A DNA stretch of 62,975 nucleotides, the filler included, from Atractiella rhizophila (Eukaryota), in assembly GCA_021432655.1 (NCBI GenBank). It is 3 parts of 3 records of this genome, joined end to end, with 100 filler letters (N's around TTAATTAATTAA, not from the genome) between each part and the next. Parts side by side here need not be neighbours in the genome. Positions count along the whole stretch, not along the records: positions 25,482 to 46,731 come from MU271729.1; 2 more parts are not named here. The stretch is one strand, 5' to 3'. Of the stretch, positions 25,836-38,593 are shown in pieces. Made by a program: the position numbers and the translations under genes. The notes beneath the pieces were generated by a model. The model saw only the letters and a program-made list of their open reading frames with translations. It searched no databases and had not been told where the DNA came from. Within the stretch, counting starts at the first letter, position 1, and the number at the start of each line of letters is the position of its first letter.

Positions 25836-28575
25836 CTAATCGGAATCCAATGACACAACGACGTTTTTGGTCCTATATATTTTCTCTGGCGGTCTCGTCG
25901 GCTTTCCACCGAAATCTGGTAATTCTTCATCCTCACTCTCTTCCTTGTGTTTCCCCGGTCTGCTTCGAGGTGACGTGTGGGCTTTCGAGCGTTTCGGGCT
26001 CTTTCTGATTTCCTCTTCCGCAGGCTCAATATCGGAGGATATCTCGACATAGTCTAGCTTCTTCTTCGTCTTCTTCGGACGACGGGGAGCAGCGTTCGGT
26101 TTTGAGGAGGTAAAGAAGTCATTCAGTTGTTTCTTCGGGGGAGAAGACGTGAGGTCTATAGGACCAGCGAGATGCAGTTGGGAAGAGGAAGCCGTGACAG
26201 GTGCATGAAAGTTGGACGGATCATTGAGGTCTAAAAGGGGATCGATGGTGTAAGATCGTTTCTTGGACACTTTCTTCGCCGCGTTCTCTTTTTGAGACGG
26301 AGATGGGAAACCTTCTTGATCCTGCTGAGGGGAGGATGTGAGATCAATTGGGCGAACAGGTGTAAGATGTGAGGAGGAAGCGTTTGCAAATGGGTTGCTA
26401 TTCGAAGGCCCTAGGTCACCATACCGATTCGCCAGTGGGTTGAGATTGCCCAGGCGTTCTCTGGAAGGACCTGCTCCACCGTGTTGGAGCTGCTGCTGGA
26501 CGTCTTCTTCCTCCTGCAAGGGATCAAGAGTCGGAGTTCGATGCCTTTTCTGTTTGATCGGGTGTCGCTTTTCCCGGTACTGTTCACCCTCCGCATCGCT
26601 AGCTGTGGGTATAACGAGGTCGGAAGATTTCTGCTTTCTCTTTGCTCTCGGCCTCTCCACTCGATGTTCCCCTTCTCCGTCACTAGTCGTAGGGACAACA
26701 AGGTTCGCAGTCTTCTTCCTCCTCGCACCTGTCCCCTTCGTCCCTCCCACGCTATTGGCTTTCTTCTCCTCCCTCTCCCTCCTCTTGAGTTCTTTCTCCC
26801 TTTCTTTATCCTCCTTCGCATGCCGCTTCTCTTCTTCCTCCTCTTCCTTCGCATCCACCAGTTCGGGACAGACCTCTGCAAGTATGATCCTCGGGAGATA
26901 CTCGTCGATGGGGACAAACGGGTCTTCGAAGATCACGTTCCTTTTCTTCGAAGGTGAAGCTGGTTCGCCATCCTCATTGTCAGGTATGGGGCGCTCAAAA
27001 TCGTGTTCTGCCCTTTCCGGAGGGTAGTGCTTGTTGAGATATCTTCCAGCTACGCGTGCGTATTCGCTCACATCGATCCCAGTCCGATATTCAAGCAAGT
27101 CACCAGTGATCGGTTTCGTGCGTTCCAGATCTATGCCCAAAAAATCGAAAGCATTGCCGCTCTTCCCCATTGCACCACGACAGGCAGAGACAGTATCAAG
27201 GAAGAGGTCCAGATCGGCTTGGAGGCGCGGATCCTCCAGTTGATACCCGTCCCGCTTCTTCGCTCGCTTCTCCTTGTTCTTTCTCTCAAACGGTATCTCC
27301 TCTCCATCCAAGAGCAAGCGCCTGATCCGACGTAGAACCAAGCCCTTCCACACTCGACTCCTCAGGAATCCCAAAATCCTAATCCTGGGCCAGTCTGTCA
27401 GATATTCGATCATGAGTCGAACGATGTGCTTCAGTTCCGGTTCTTTTTGCCACTTCGGAGGAGCCGCTTCCCATCCAGGTGTATTATAGCTAGTGACCGG
27501 ATGTCGATAATAATCCCAAACAGCCATTGCAGGCCAATCGTCCCTAAATTTTGCCGCGACGACAGCGTTCCTCCTTCCAAGCTTTCCGCTCTTATTCGTG
27601 GCCAGCTCTGCCTTCACGTCTTCTCTCAACTGCGCCAATTCTCCGATATCCGAACCGCGTTGAGAGATAGCCTCCAACCTTTCTGCAAATCCGAATTCGG
27701 TTGCTAAAGGCTTGGAAAGCTTGGGACCGACGCCGACGACACCGGAGGTGTCGTAGTCTCCTCCTGAAAGAGTGGCCAGAAAAGCGATACGAACGTCTGT
27801 GAGATTGAGGGTGCGAAAGATGGTGGAGGCGTGGTAGAAGTCGGGTGAAAAGGGTTGGGCTGCATCTTTGGTTGAGATGGCTTTGGACCAGTCTTTCACC
27901 ACACTCGTAGCGCCGAAGAGGAGCGTGTCTCCATCGCTCTGTGCACCACGCAGCATACGGTCCAATAAAATACATTGTCATCATACCATAAATGACAGGA
28001 AGACGAAACGCTTACAGTGAACACAACATCAATCTCCCCGCGCCGATTCATCTCTGCCAATTCTGCTTCTGCCTCTCCAGGTGCTTTCCTGGTCTCGAAC
28101 CCGAACGCCTCCGCGCACTGCTCAATCCAACGCTCAAATGGGTGACTATGGCCTACTACCCTTTTGTTCCTCTTAATCTTCGGCCGCTTAGGTCCATCGA
28201 AGACGAAAACTGGTAGGATTCCAAGATGAAGCAGGACGTTGCACCTGAGGAAGAGATTTCGAAACTCGGGATTCCTTTTCACACCATGCCAGTTGGTAAA
28301 TAAATGTGCACAAGTTCCCAATGACGGATGAGAGACGAGAAGAGACACACGAGCCATCCATATTCGTTCCAGCTTGTACAAACCAAATAGACGCATCTAT
28401 CCCTGCTCGTAGACCACGAAAACCGTTAGAATTTGAGGAGAGCGCCTCGTAAGCATGTCGGGCGAGATTGGTAGGCTGTTTGCAGGGAGAGAGGATGTCC
28501 CAGAGACCAGGGACTCCCTGTGGAAAGACAAAGTCAGTCCCTTCCTGCAGAAAGAAACAAAGCAGAACTCACCAT
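25836..28575 (-). CDS. YEN1: XPG/Rad2-family Holliday junction resolvase Yen1/GEN1
   Basis: MG/VPGLWDIL, GIDASIW, PVFVFDGPKRPKIKR, APGEAEAELA, SDGDTLLFGA and H3TH GGDYDTSGVVGVG. The N and I domains are adjacent, followed by a long disordered tail. Confidence 0.88.
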
Positions 28576-30321
28576 GGCTCCAATCCTTCAGTTAATTTCC
28601 TAGCGTTTTCCTTCGGATTAAACCACTTTCTCAGGCGCTTTTCGTGTAAGGCAAGGCGTGTTTAATGTTTGACTTGCTGGATTTGGGAGCGAAAGTGGAA
28701 GTTCTGTCAACATCCAACGCAAGCAATCCGCTTAACACTGATGGACATCAACCAACAACGCTCTGAATTGCATCTTGACAGCAACTATGGAGAATGAGAA
28801 GATAAGCCGTGAGAGGGGGCTTTGGCCAGGTGTTTAGCAAATCAATAGTGCCTGAAGAAGTTGGTGGGAAGGTTAGTCCCATCTTTCATGGGACCAGACT
28901 GGATGAGAGATTGGAGCGGATTGGTAGATTGCTTCGCTGCCAACGTCCACTCGTGAAACCATAAAAGCGAGCGAACCAGCTGCGATGCCTCCCTCACAGA
29001 CTCGGATGTGAGAGTTGTTTTGGTGTGACTGCGATCTATGTGATTGCGCGACCCTTTTTCAGATCGTGCAAAGGAACGTGAGTGATCAGTTCCAGATGCC
29101 TCTATCTGGCACTGCAACTGGTCACTCGCGTCTCCTTGAAACCGTTGCAGCATTGAGTACCCACCCATCTTGACCCATCTAAAGGAACTTCAACTCATCC
29201 AAAGAATTGAGCGACGTTTGATTAGACCAAATTAGACAACAATATTATATTTTGAGTAGCATTGACCGATTTCGCTCATCTGTGGTCATGCTCACATCTG
29301 GCTGGAAATATGGAAGCGGGGTTATCCTTGCTTCTCCACGGCTCAGACAGCTGGGTGATGGTGCAAGCTAACAATTGGGAGCCACAATTTTCATTTGCTG
29401 GAACAACACCTATCTGACAGGAAGGTGGATACATTTGGACACAGTTGGAAATTCAGTGGTGTTCTCATTTTCAAAACTATGTCTTCATTCATTGCAAGCG
29501 AGCTGAAGCCAGGGCCACCATCCTGTCACGGCTATAGACGTCGCTTCCTGAAAACGGCGCTAGCGTTGCGGAAGAGCAGAAGATCAGACAAGGTTGAGAA
29601 TGTTGCGAGCAATTAGAAAGCCTACCCAAATGCTCCTTTGAATTTAGCCAAAGATTTGTTTCCGCTGCCATGGACGGTTTGACAGTTTGGCATTCGGAAG
29701 GTACAGTAAAGCTTGCGCTTGGGAGCAATTGTTTCTCCCTGTTTCCCTTTGGGGAACCCAGGCTTGCATCTTGCCGTCGCTTAGTAGTTCTGCACCATGG
29801 GGCAACAAGCTGAGAATCTGTCGTTGGAACTCCATCAGGTGTGTTCTACGCAATCAAGTTCAGCCCCAAACTGGGCGTTGCTGGGATTTCTCGCATCTGG
29901 GTCCCACGTTGAACCAGGCCAAGGAAGTTAAGGTTGCAGCTGGAGAGTGAATCGGCATTCACTTCGATCAGGGTACCGAAAGGAAGAAAGAGCAATGACA
30001 GCCAGAAGATCAAAATGTACCATATCAAAGACTTTTCTTCGTTTTTGGCACCTCGACCGCTGACGGCAGCCCCATAAAAGGGGAGAAAGAAGTGGTCCTT
30101 TGGTCAGCTTCAGGTTACAATCCCGCGGCAGGGATTAGGATCTCGAATACGTCTTCGAACGCCCTGCTGCCGATGAGTCTGTTGCGTGTTCGCCGTGACA
30201 TCTAAAGCCAGTTCTGAAAAGGTTTAAGATGGACATCTTGTATGCGCCACCCCTCTTGTCGTCCCAATCGTCGGAATCCTTGTCTTCATCCTGGACCTCT
30301 CGCGAGTTTGACTTTGCAATC

Positions 30322-32007
30322 ATGGCCGCTCCCGCCCCTTACCAGCAAGACGTCAACTCGAACCCAGGCGGAGACCTTCCTCAGTCTCAGCCTCAATATC
30401 AGTATCAGGGCTACACATATATCTATCCTCCCCATCAGGTTCAGGACTACACCGTTCAGCCTCAAGTGGCTTCTTCGTCGACTCTTTCCTATCCCTCCGA
30501 ACAGCTTGCACAACTCTTAGTCTGCACTTCCTCTCCCCAAACAGCGACGACGAATGAATCTCAAATTTGGACCCCGTATGAACGCGCACATCTTCTGCTC
30601 CCCGCACAACAGCACCAGCACTACCCACAACCAGACAATCTCACCGTGGCGCCACAGCTAGTCTGGACAGCTCCTCCAACGGCGACTTTGGCACCAATAA
30701 GCAGCAGTTTCACAGCAGCTGCCTCAACTGTGATCCCTTCATCAAATGTTCAGTACCACTACGTCGTCCGAGAACCTCTCCCACCAGCACCACCAGCTCA
30801 AGTTCCCATCGTGTTGACAACCGTTAAACAAGAGCCGATTTATGACCCTCCTCCCCATCCCCCTCCGGATTATATTCCTCCACCAACTTCTTCAATCCCC
30901 GAATCGACGGAGGCGACGGAAAGCGAAGAAGAAGAACAGGACGCAACGATCAACATTGACAAGAGCGGAATGGCGCGCAACAGGAGGAAAGAGGAGGTGA
31001 CGGTGACCACGACGAGGATAAAAATTGCCTGCGAAATGTTCGTTATATATTCTAACAAAAGAAAACACTGTTAGGCTAATAGATTGTTGCAAACAGGTGC
31101 AGAAAGCGCAAGGTTGCCTGCTCCCTCCTCTAAATATTGCGACTGACGACGCCCGTGTTAGATTCGCTGTGATGGTTCTCGTCCCACTCCTGAAACGGAC
31201 GGTATTCCTTGTAGCCAATGTACTCGAGGAGGGCGGGTCTGCGACTTTGCCCAAACTATCAAAGACTATGTTGCTCCGAAGCCTCGCAAGAAGAAGAGGA
31301 AGTACGACATCGATGAGGAGCAGTTCCGCCAGTGGGAGACTTTGGGACTTGAAGGTGGAATCGAGGGGTGGTTGGAAAGGTTGGAAAAGGATATCCCACG
31401 GTTGGAGGAGAAGGAGGTGAAGGAGGCGGAGAAAGACCCCCTCGTTCCTGCTGTGAGAGAAGAGTGGGATGAAAATATGAACTTGGAAAAGGTGGAGGAG
31501 AGCCAGACGAAGCATCGGTACGCAAGCCCATTTCTTGGTTTTAAATTTATTCAAGAGAAACTCAACTTTTGATGGCTAGGGACGATCCCCTCTTGAACAC
31601 CTACATAGCTCAGAGGAAAGCAGCCGTTTTGTCTGGAGCGAAACGGCCGCCACGAAGTCATCGCTCGTTCCCCCCAATGCCGGAGAGCGGTCCACCGATC
31701 CTTTTCAAGGATCACTACATGTACCACCTTCTCGACGAGTCTTATGCTTCAAAATATCCACTTTAATCAAATTAGTTCCAAAGTGCGTCTTTTCCGTTCC
31801 TTCTCTGGATGCCGCACTCAAGTCTTTACAATCCAGCTTTATAAGTTTGAACAATCCCTCATCATTTCTGATATCACAGCAACATATTCCACCGGCAAAC
31901 GTGCGTACATCTATCTGGGGAGGATTCTAGAGCTGCATCAATCAATATATCCAGTTTCGTACTTTGTGAATTTGGTGATGTCGATGTTGTTGTTTCATGG
32001 AGCTTGA
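30322..32007 (+). CDS. Zn(II)2Cys6 transcription factor; 3' end uncertain
   Basis: Spliced cluster RIKIACEM/CRKRK/IRCDGSRP...PCSQCTRGGRVCDF after a Q/P-rich N-terminus, followed by basic KPRKKKRK. Confidence 0.8.
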
Positions 32008-32323
32008 TTACCCTTGGTCGTTTAGCTTCCTCATTCGTATTTCTCCTTATATAGTCTGCTTCAAGTTGCCGTACATTTGTTGACTTCGTCATTCGTGACA
32101 AACACTTTGCTTCGCCTGCAGATGCAGACGCAGCTTCCTTCAGAAGTGCACTGATATATATTCGTTCAAATGCTCTCTACAATCCGACTCATATGTGTCA
32201 GATTCATATGTACCTAACGTGCCAGATACCAAGTGACGCAAGCAAACCCAAGCCCGACTGAAATGCATGGTTACAGAAGAACAAATGTACACTGGAACAT
32301 GGCAATATATCTCTCTCAGAATT

Positions 32324-34406
32324 TCACTCTTCTCCCCCATTCTCCTTCTCCTTCTCCACAGGCAGATTAGCGATCTCTCCTCCCTCACCCTCTGGATTAA
32401 GCACTGGCGGCTTTTCGATCCTCGGATCCTCCCTCCCCAGCTCCCGGTCAGCCTTCCGCCCCTTCCCATCGCCCATTCTGAGGTATATGCCTCTGAGAGC
32501 GTGACCCCATCCGCCCCTCAACTCCGTCCTGCACACCGGACACACGCCCTCTTCATCGGCGAACCGGGTCACCGTTCGTCCGCCAAACCCAAAAGAGAAG
32601 AAGTTAAACCTGCCCGTGCTCGGCTCGTTCACTTGGACCTTCGGTTGAGCCAGTAGGGCGGCGTGCAGACAGGGACCGCAGAATGTGTGTCCGCACGAGG
32701 TGGTGACGAGTGGTTTGGGGGGACAGAGGCAGATGGCTGTTGTGATCGTCTCAGGATTCCTTTTGCAGGCAGAAGGGAAGCGCGGGGACGTACGGCATGT
32801 CAATTCTTCCCATCCCTTTCGTTCCGATGGGTTCTTGAACGCTGCAGGTGGCGAAGGAGAGCGCGGAGGGGGAGAGATAACCTGAATCTCCTCGTCATCG
32901 TCCTCCTCCTCCTCCTCTTCACCTCCATCAAAAGTCGAAGGACCACGCGTGGGACCGGTGGATGATATGAACTGGATCTCGTCGTCATCATCCTCTTCCT
33001 GTCCAGCATCTGACCGCGAATGCGAGTTGGTACCGTTGGTCGCGTTGTTGGAGCCAAAGGAGGGATTGGGGAGCGGGAAGGTGAGGTGGAATGATAAGCG
33101 ACGAGGTGGTGAGGATGTGTCTGAGGTCAGGTCTATCACTTCTGTGATTCGTGCTCCACCGTTTTCAGTGGGAGGGTAAGGAATGGGCGGCGGGCGGCTT
33201 CGCTCTGCATTGTAGCAAGACGATAGAGCAATTAGCGAATCTGAGCATTGATTGTTGGATCATGAACGGGAATGGATATGTTTGGAAAAGCTCCGTATGT
33301 CCAACAGAATGAGAAAACTCACCAAATTCATTCACGATAGCTCTCCTCAACCGCTCCTCCTCCTCCCTCCACTCTCCCATATCCACTCCTCGTCTTCCCG
33401 GCCGCGGTCTCGTCATTCTCTCACGATCCTCCATCAACTGCTCTATCAAATCGCTATGCGTTTCCTGCGACCCTTCCCCATCTTCCTCATCCTCTTCTTC
33501 CCCTCCGAACAGTTCGTCCTCTATTTCATATACTGGTGCTCCTCCTTGTCCCTCACCCACATGTAATGTCGGGACAACATGTCGTCGTCCTGCTTCTGCG
33601 TTCCCGATATGCAGTCCCGATCCTGCTTGAGTGGTTGAATGAGGGACTGCATAGAATGGAAGGTTGTCCGCGCCTCTATGTCCCCCATTGTTCTCTGGTT
33701 GAAAAAATGTCTGCAAATGGTACGGATTGACCGTGACAGGAGGATCCTCTGGCTCGAGAGCTAGAGACAAGGATAGAGACAGCGGTTCCTCCTCGATTTC
33801 ATCTTCCTCTTCTGATACCTCTCTCACCTCTTCTCCCCTCAGCGGATGCGGATGGACTGAAGGAGACGGAGGAGAACGTGCCGCGCGTTCGTACTCCTCC
33901 ATCTCCTCCAGTTGTCGCTCTAGCTCCAAGTTTCGCGGGAGCGCGGTAAGGGTGCGGATGTCCCAAGGGTCCATCGTTCCCTCACCCTCCTCTTCCCTTC
34001 CCTCTAAGGGTGTGCGCGATGCGGTTATCGAACGATCGGGAGGAGGCGGAGGAAGAGGGGTCGCTTGCATCCCTGTCCAGGAAGAGGAAGGAGGGACAAA
34101 CGATGCCATGCTGAGGCTTTCGCCGGTCCCGCCTTCTACCGCTTCGATCCCCTGTCCAATGTTCCCATCCACATCGTCCTGTTCCATCCTTCCCTTCCCC
34201 TTAATATTTTCCACCTCGTGTACTAACCCAGATCCAGAAGCGACCGACGTAAGTCCTACTTGCGACTGAACTTGGTCATTCGTTGGCAGCACCTCTTGCT
34301 GATGCTGAGACGTTGGTGCGGTGAGTATGGCGGGAGACAGGCGGATGCGTTTGGATGGACCCGCTTCGGCTGCGCCGCGCGGGGAGAGTGAGCGCTTCGG
34401 AGGCAT
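32324..34406 (-). CDS. SUMO-targeted RING E3 ligase (Slx8/Rfp/RNF4-like)
   Basis: Acid-flanked SIM-like motifs VYEIED, VIDLTSD, EIQFIS and EIQVIS. Spliced C3HC4 RING LTCPICL..TTSCGHTFCGPCL...CPVCR near the C-terminus. Confidence 0.82.
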
Positions 34407-34696
34407 GATGTCGCTGGTGGTGCCAGTGAATTTGGCTTTGGTGGGAGTTAGGGCGAGAGATGCTGGTGATTTGCTGGTTCCTGTTATCGAGACTGAACCA
34501 GAGCCTTAGGCCAGGCCAGAACTCAGGTGGTAGGGTTAGGGACATGGAGTTTTGTTCTGGTGTCAACGTTCAAGGTTTGAGAGGTCAGTGGACGGTCTGC
34601 TGTTTGCAAAGCCAGTTGAACTTTGAAAGGTTTCCATGAAGGGTTTCATTTGTTCTTCTTAAGGTCTGCAAGCTAATGGCATGATTAGATTATGTG

Positions 34697-36286
34697 ATGG
34701 AAGACTCTGATAGCCTGAATGTCCTGTGCTCATCATGGACAGTTACTATTCAACCTTTGTCGGAGGTGTGCTGGCGGCAGATCTTAGTTTTTCGTCTCTC
34801 CTCGCAGTTCATTGAACAATTCGGGATCGAGGAACTTCGAATGTTTAATATGGAACACTCCGCCAATCATCACTATTCTGGCAACCGTGTACATACCTTT
34901 ATGGCTGACGCTCCCGACACAAGCACCCTCCATGTCCTCTTGCTTCCACACAAGAAATTCTTTCCTACATTTGCACTACCTCGCATGGGAAAAGAAAGAT
35001 ATTTCGTCTGGACAATAAAGAGGTCTCAAGAACTTTATGCAACACTTCCTCATAGGCAGATAGATGTACACGAAGCGCCTATCCTAGCCCGTGAGACGAC
35101 ATTCTATCAGTTTCAAATCAGGCCAAAATTGTCTCCATTTGACTTTTTTCCTGTGGAATTGTTGCAGCTGGTCATTCGATTGGACATTGAAGGAAAAAGC
35201 TGGGTCTCTAAACGATGGCAGAAAATCTCTGCCCCTTACCTTCCTGAACCAAGGCACTGTAAAGGTAAGGCGATGTTTCTCTTGAAATTTCCCAACGGCG
35301 GTCGATTGTGGAAGAAGATCCGTTATGAGGATCAGGAAATAGAAGATGGGGTTGACATGCTGACATTGGCGAAAGCAAGTCCTAATATCTCCAACATCAA
35401 ACTCCGTTTGTGTCCGCGAAACCACGAGCAAGATTTCATACACGCGCTCCAGAGTTGGCGGAAGCTCAAGAAGCTGCATATTTCGGGCACCATGCAGGTG
35501 CAAACGGGTAGATGGACGATCCAGCAAGCTGCGGAGTTGATCGAAAGTTGTCGATTTGGGATTTCATGTGACTGGTTTCGCCTGCTTCTTGCATACCTAC
35601 CAGCTAGCAGCCAACGAACAGTCTACACCGAGTTTACAGATCAATGCCCATTTGTATGCGATGACTATCAGTCATATCACACTAGTCTCATTCTGAAAGT
35701 GCTGGACCTGAAACACCAGCCCTCGCTCGCTCGATATTTGCGGCGGCTTATTCTGCCTAAAAAGCTGGAGTACTTTGAGTACGAACGATGCTTTCCGGCC
35801 CCGCCCTATCTACAAGACCATATCTTTGAAGCATTGGCCCCTACTTCGCTTCTATGCCTTAAGTTCACACATCTTCCGTATTCCGATCATGACGAGGATA
35901 GTTTCAATATCTATTCGTTTCCGCAGCCTCTGCCTATTTTCCAGTTCACAAACTTGACCATCTTGTTCTTGGATGGCGGACACGAACATTCCGGATTGCT
36001 TGATCCTGACATCTTCTCATATAGTTTGCACACATCTCTACAACTCTCACTGCGCATTGTATCCATCCATTGGTGTCACCTGAAGGCTTTAGGATTCCGA
36101 GAGTTCATCACTTGGTTCTTTTCAGAACGAACAGTAAGATGGCGAAAAGTAGAAGGGCGAAGAGAATTCGGTCTCAGGCTTTATTTTGGAGATTGGGATG
36201 TAGGCGTTGTTGAAGAATTCAGACGGTACTTAGCTGTGTATGCAAGTGATCCCTTCGATCTCTTTAAATGGTATTTGCTAGAATGA
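34697..36286 (+). CDS. F-box-like / leucine-rich-repeat-like hypothetical protein
   Basis: Uninterrupted ~530-codon ORF with FDFFPVELLQLVI...WVSKRWQKISAPYL (F-box-like), then LRR-like segments (KLKKLHI, FTNLTILFL). The true start is uncertain. Confidence 0.6.
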   Translation: MEDSDSLNVLCSSWTVTIQPLSEVCWRQILVFRLSSQFIEQFGIEELRMFNMEHSANHHYSGNRVHTFMADAPDTSTLHVLLLPHKKFFPTFALPRMGKERYFVWTIKRSQELYATLPHRQIDVHEAPILARETTFYQFQIRPKLSPFDFFPVELLQLVIRLDIEGKSWVSKRWQKISAPYLPEPRHCKGKAMFLLKFPNGGRLWKKIRYEDQEIEDGVDMLTLAKASPNISNIKLRLCPRNHEQDFIHALQSWRKLKKLHISGTMQVQTGRWTIQQAAELIESCRFGISCDWFRLLLAYLPASSQRTVYTEFTDQCPFVCDDYQSYHTSLILKVLDLKHQPSLARYLRRLILPKKLEYFEYERCFPAPPYLQDHIFEALAPTSLLCLKFTHLPYSDHDEDSFNIYSFPQPLPIFQFTNLTILFLDGGHEHSGLLDPDIFSYSLHTSLQLSLRIVSIHWCHLKALGFREFITWFFSERTVRWRKVEGRREFGLRLYFGDWDVGVVEEFRRYLAVYASDPFDLFKWYLLE

Positions 36287-36347
36287 AAAGGCCCTGTAGC
36301 GTTGACTGATAGTTCAAAATCATCATAATGAACCAAATACTCCCAGA

Positions 36348-36420
36348 GCCTTGGTAGCTCAGTCGGTAGAGCATGAGACTTTTAATCTCAGGGTCGTGGG
36401 TTCGAGCCCCACCTAGGGCG
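36348..36420 (+). tRNA. tRNA-Lys (anticodon UUU), intronless
   Basis: Acceptor stem GCCTTGG/CTAGGGC, D arm GCTCAGTCGGTAGAGC, anticodon arm TGAGA-CTTTTAA-TCTCA, T loop GGTTCGAGCC, followed by a T5 Pol III terminator. Confidence 0.97.
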
Positions 36421-37073
36421 CTTTTTGTTTGTCTTTTGCTTTCTACATACACCAACATCTGCGGTTGCTGATCTCATTTCTTTTCTTCCAAGGCTGCGAT
36501 GCTCCTTGCCGACGCCCTGTCAGTCAGTTAGTCTCAAACCGCTGAAAATCAAATGCCTTTGTTTGCCGAACACGGCATACTTCGTGTTCACGGACTCCGA
36601 TTAGTTCGAACAACGACGAAAGTGCATCGCTTTGTCCGGCTTATTGCCCAAGCGCTGAATATTATAAGCAGAGGGGAAAGAAAGGGAGGAAATACTTCTG
36701 AACGGTGTCGTAGACTCGGACGTGCTTGACGAGGAGTTGGCGCGAACCTGCCGGCTGCTGGATTGGGCTGTTAGGAGAAAGGACATCAGTGAGTCCTTTT
36801 GCAGATTTGATTTGAACGCCTTTTTATCGCTTCACCAAGCCTTTGTGTCTGGCAATTGCATGCTCCTCAAAGTCTGAAGCTTGAGCAAATGTTGCGACGG
36901 CTGACCCTGCACATGAACATGAACATTTGCAAATCCATGCATTTATGCTTGTTTCTTAAGTTGGTTCGAGTATGATCAGGAAGATCCAAAATCCTTGTGG
37001 TTAAAGGGAGCTTGTTTCTGAAGGCACTTATCATGTACCTCCAACTGTCAATTACTGACCTGCAGGACAGACA

Positions 37074-38390
37074 ATGTTTCCCTGCATTGGTATCGCTCTT
37101 TTAGGCACCTTCTTCTTTCCTCCATGGACGCATGCTCAACAAATCGACAAGCCATATCACTACCCAGACGGTTTGGGAGGGCTCTTCGCCTACAACGAGC
37201 GGTTACCAACCCGATGTAGTACCGTAAACATCGTCGACCCGCCACAACAATGTCTCGAATACGGCGTAAGCTTTATCGAGAAGCGCTACTGTAACGGAAC
37301 GATGGCGGCGATTAACGTCACATATAACGATTGTGAGATGCCTTGGACGATTTGTCGGTGCGAGTAAGCGTTTCATTGCTGAACTTAGGAAAACGAGCAG
37401 CTAATTGTCCCCCTCAGCGATGCGCCGATGAGCTTCGATACACTTATCCGACAGTTTGGACGGTGATTATATTTGCTAATATTTTGCGAAGCGAATCTCA
37501 TCGTCACCACCTAGGTTACCTGTCAATCTCAGGGATTACGTGAAATATCTTGTTGCGTTTAACGGACCTAGAAGCGGTTTTTCCGATCGTAATAATATGG
37601 TAATGTTTGGGTGAGCATCTTTTGATCTCGCCTACAGTAAATACTGAATCTCCGCGTAGAGATATGAGCGACGAATCGGTAAGTATCTGCCACAATCATC
37701 CCATTCAGCTGTCCTTATCCTAATCCTGTCACAGGGCTTGACTGTCTTCGCCCATGAAGCGTGCGTCTGTTTCTGTTTCATTGTAGCATTCTTGTTTGAA
37801 TCTTGCTTGTTTAACAGTGGCCATGACATCGATCAAGGCGTTTCTGCTAGTGCTGAATGGGCAGCTGCTGTCAATGCGGATAGTTGTGAGCTGTGTTCCT
37901 TAACACTTTGCTTTTGGTACTGAAGGCACGCAACCAAAGGTGTTCCAGATGCTTATGCGGCAACTAACTTGGTCGAAGATTTCGCTCAAGTAAATGTCGT
38001 CAGCTTGTACCTGGATCTGTGTATGCGCCTCCGTTTTCATGCATGCAGAAGTGCTTTAATTGAACCCTACACTGTAGATAACGACATTGCTCCAGCAGGG
38101 ACCTCTGTCTCCTGCATGTCGAACCAGCTGGAGATATTTCGGAATTCGGATCGATTGAATGCGCAAGCAATGAGGAGAGATACCTGTGATATCGCCCTGC
38201 GAGAGAGTTGGAACTCCAAGTGCGTTTCTCTTCACACTTTCTCTCTCTTTTCTCGAATGCTGAGATATTTCGAAGTCTGAGAAGGAGAGATAAACCAACC
38301 GTACCACGCTCGTATCCCATTCCAACGCCTGTTTACAATGCTATGGCACGACGGAAGCAAGAGGGAACAGAAAGTGAAGAAGATCGGTAA
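37074..38390 (+). CDS. Secreted Con-13-like protein with HExxH motif
   Basis: Signal peptide MFPCIGIALLG...THA. Spliced motifs NVTYNDCEMPWTICRC, FGR/LP, VFAHEA/GHDID, WAAAVNADS/CVPDAYAATNLVEDFAQV and SCMSNQL. Confidence 0.8.
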
Positions 38391-38593
38391 CAGGAGCAGG
38401 GAATAGACATTCCATAACATACCATTCACTGTTTATAATGTTACCAATTACCTGCTTCACAATGTGATGAATGGTATCCGATGCTAAGACGAATGAAAGA
38501 TTGTATTCCAGCACTTCAAGTGGTTCGGAGCAAGGTGTACAGGTACCAAAAAAGGCAGACAGAAGTGTCCATCTCACTTTCAAGCGAAGCGGT

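Noticed and set aside
28842..30028. Short minus-strand ORFs with a hydrophobic start
   Set aside because: Could not be joined into a stop-free spliced model; at most a decayed gene.
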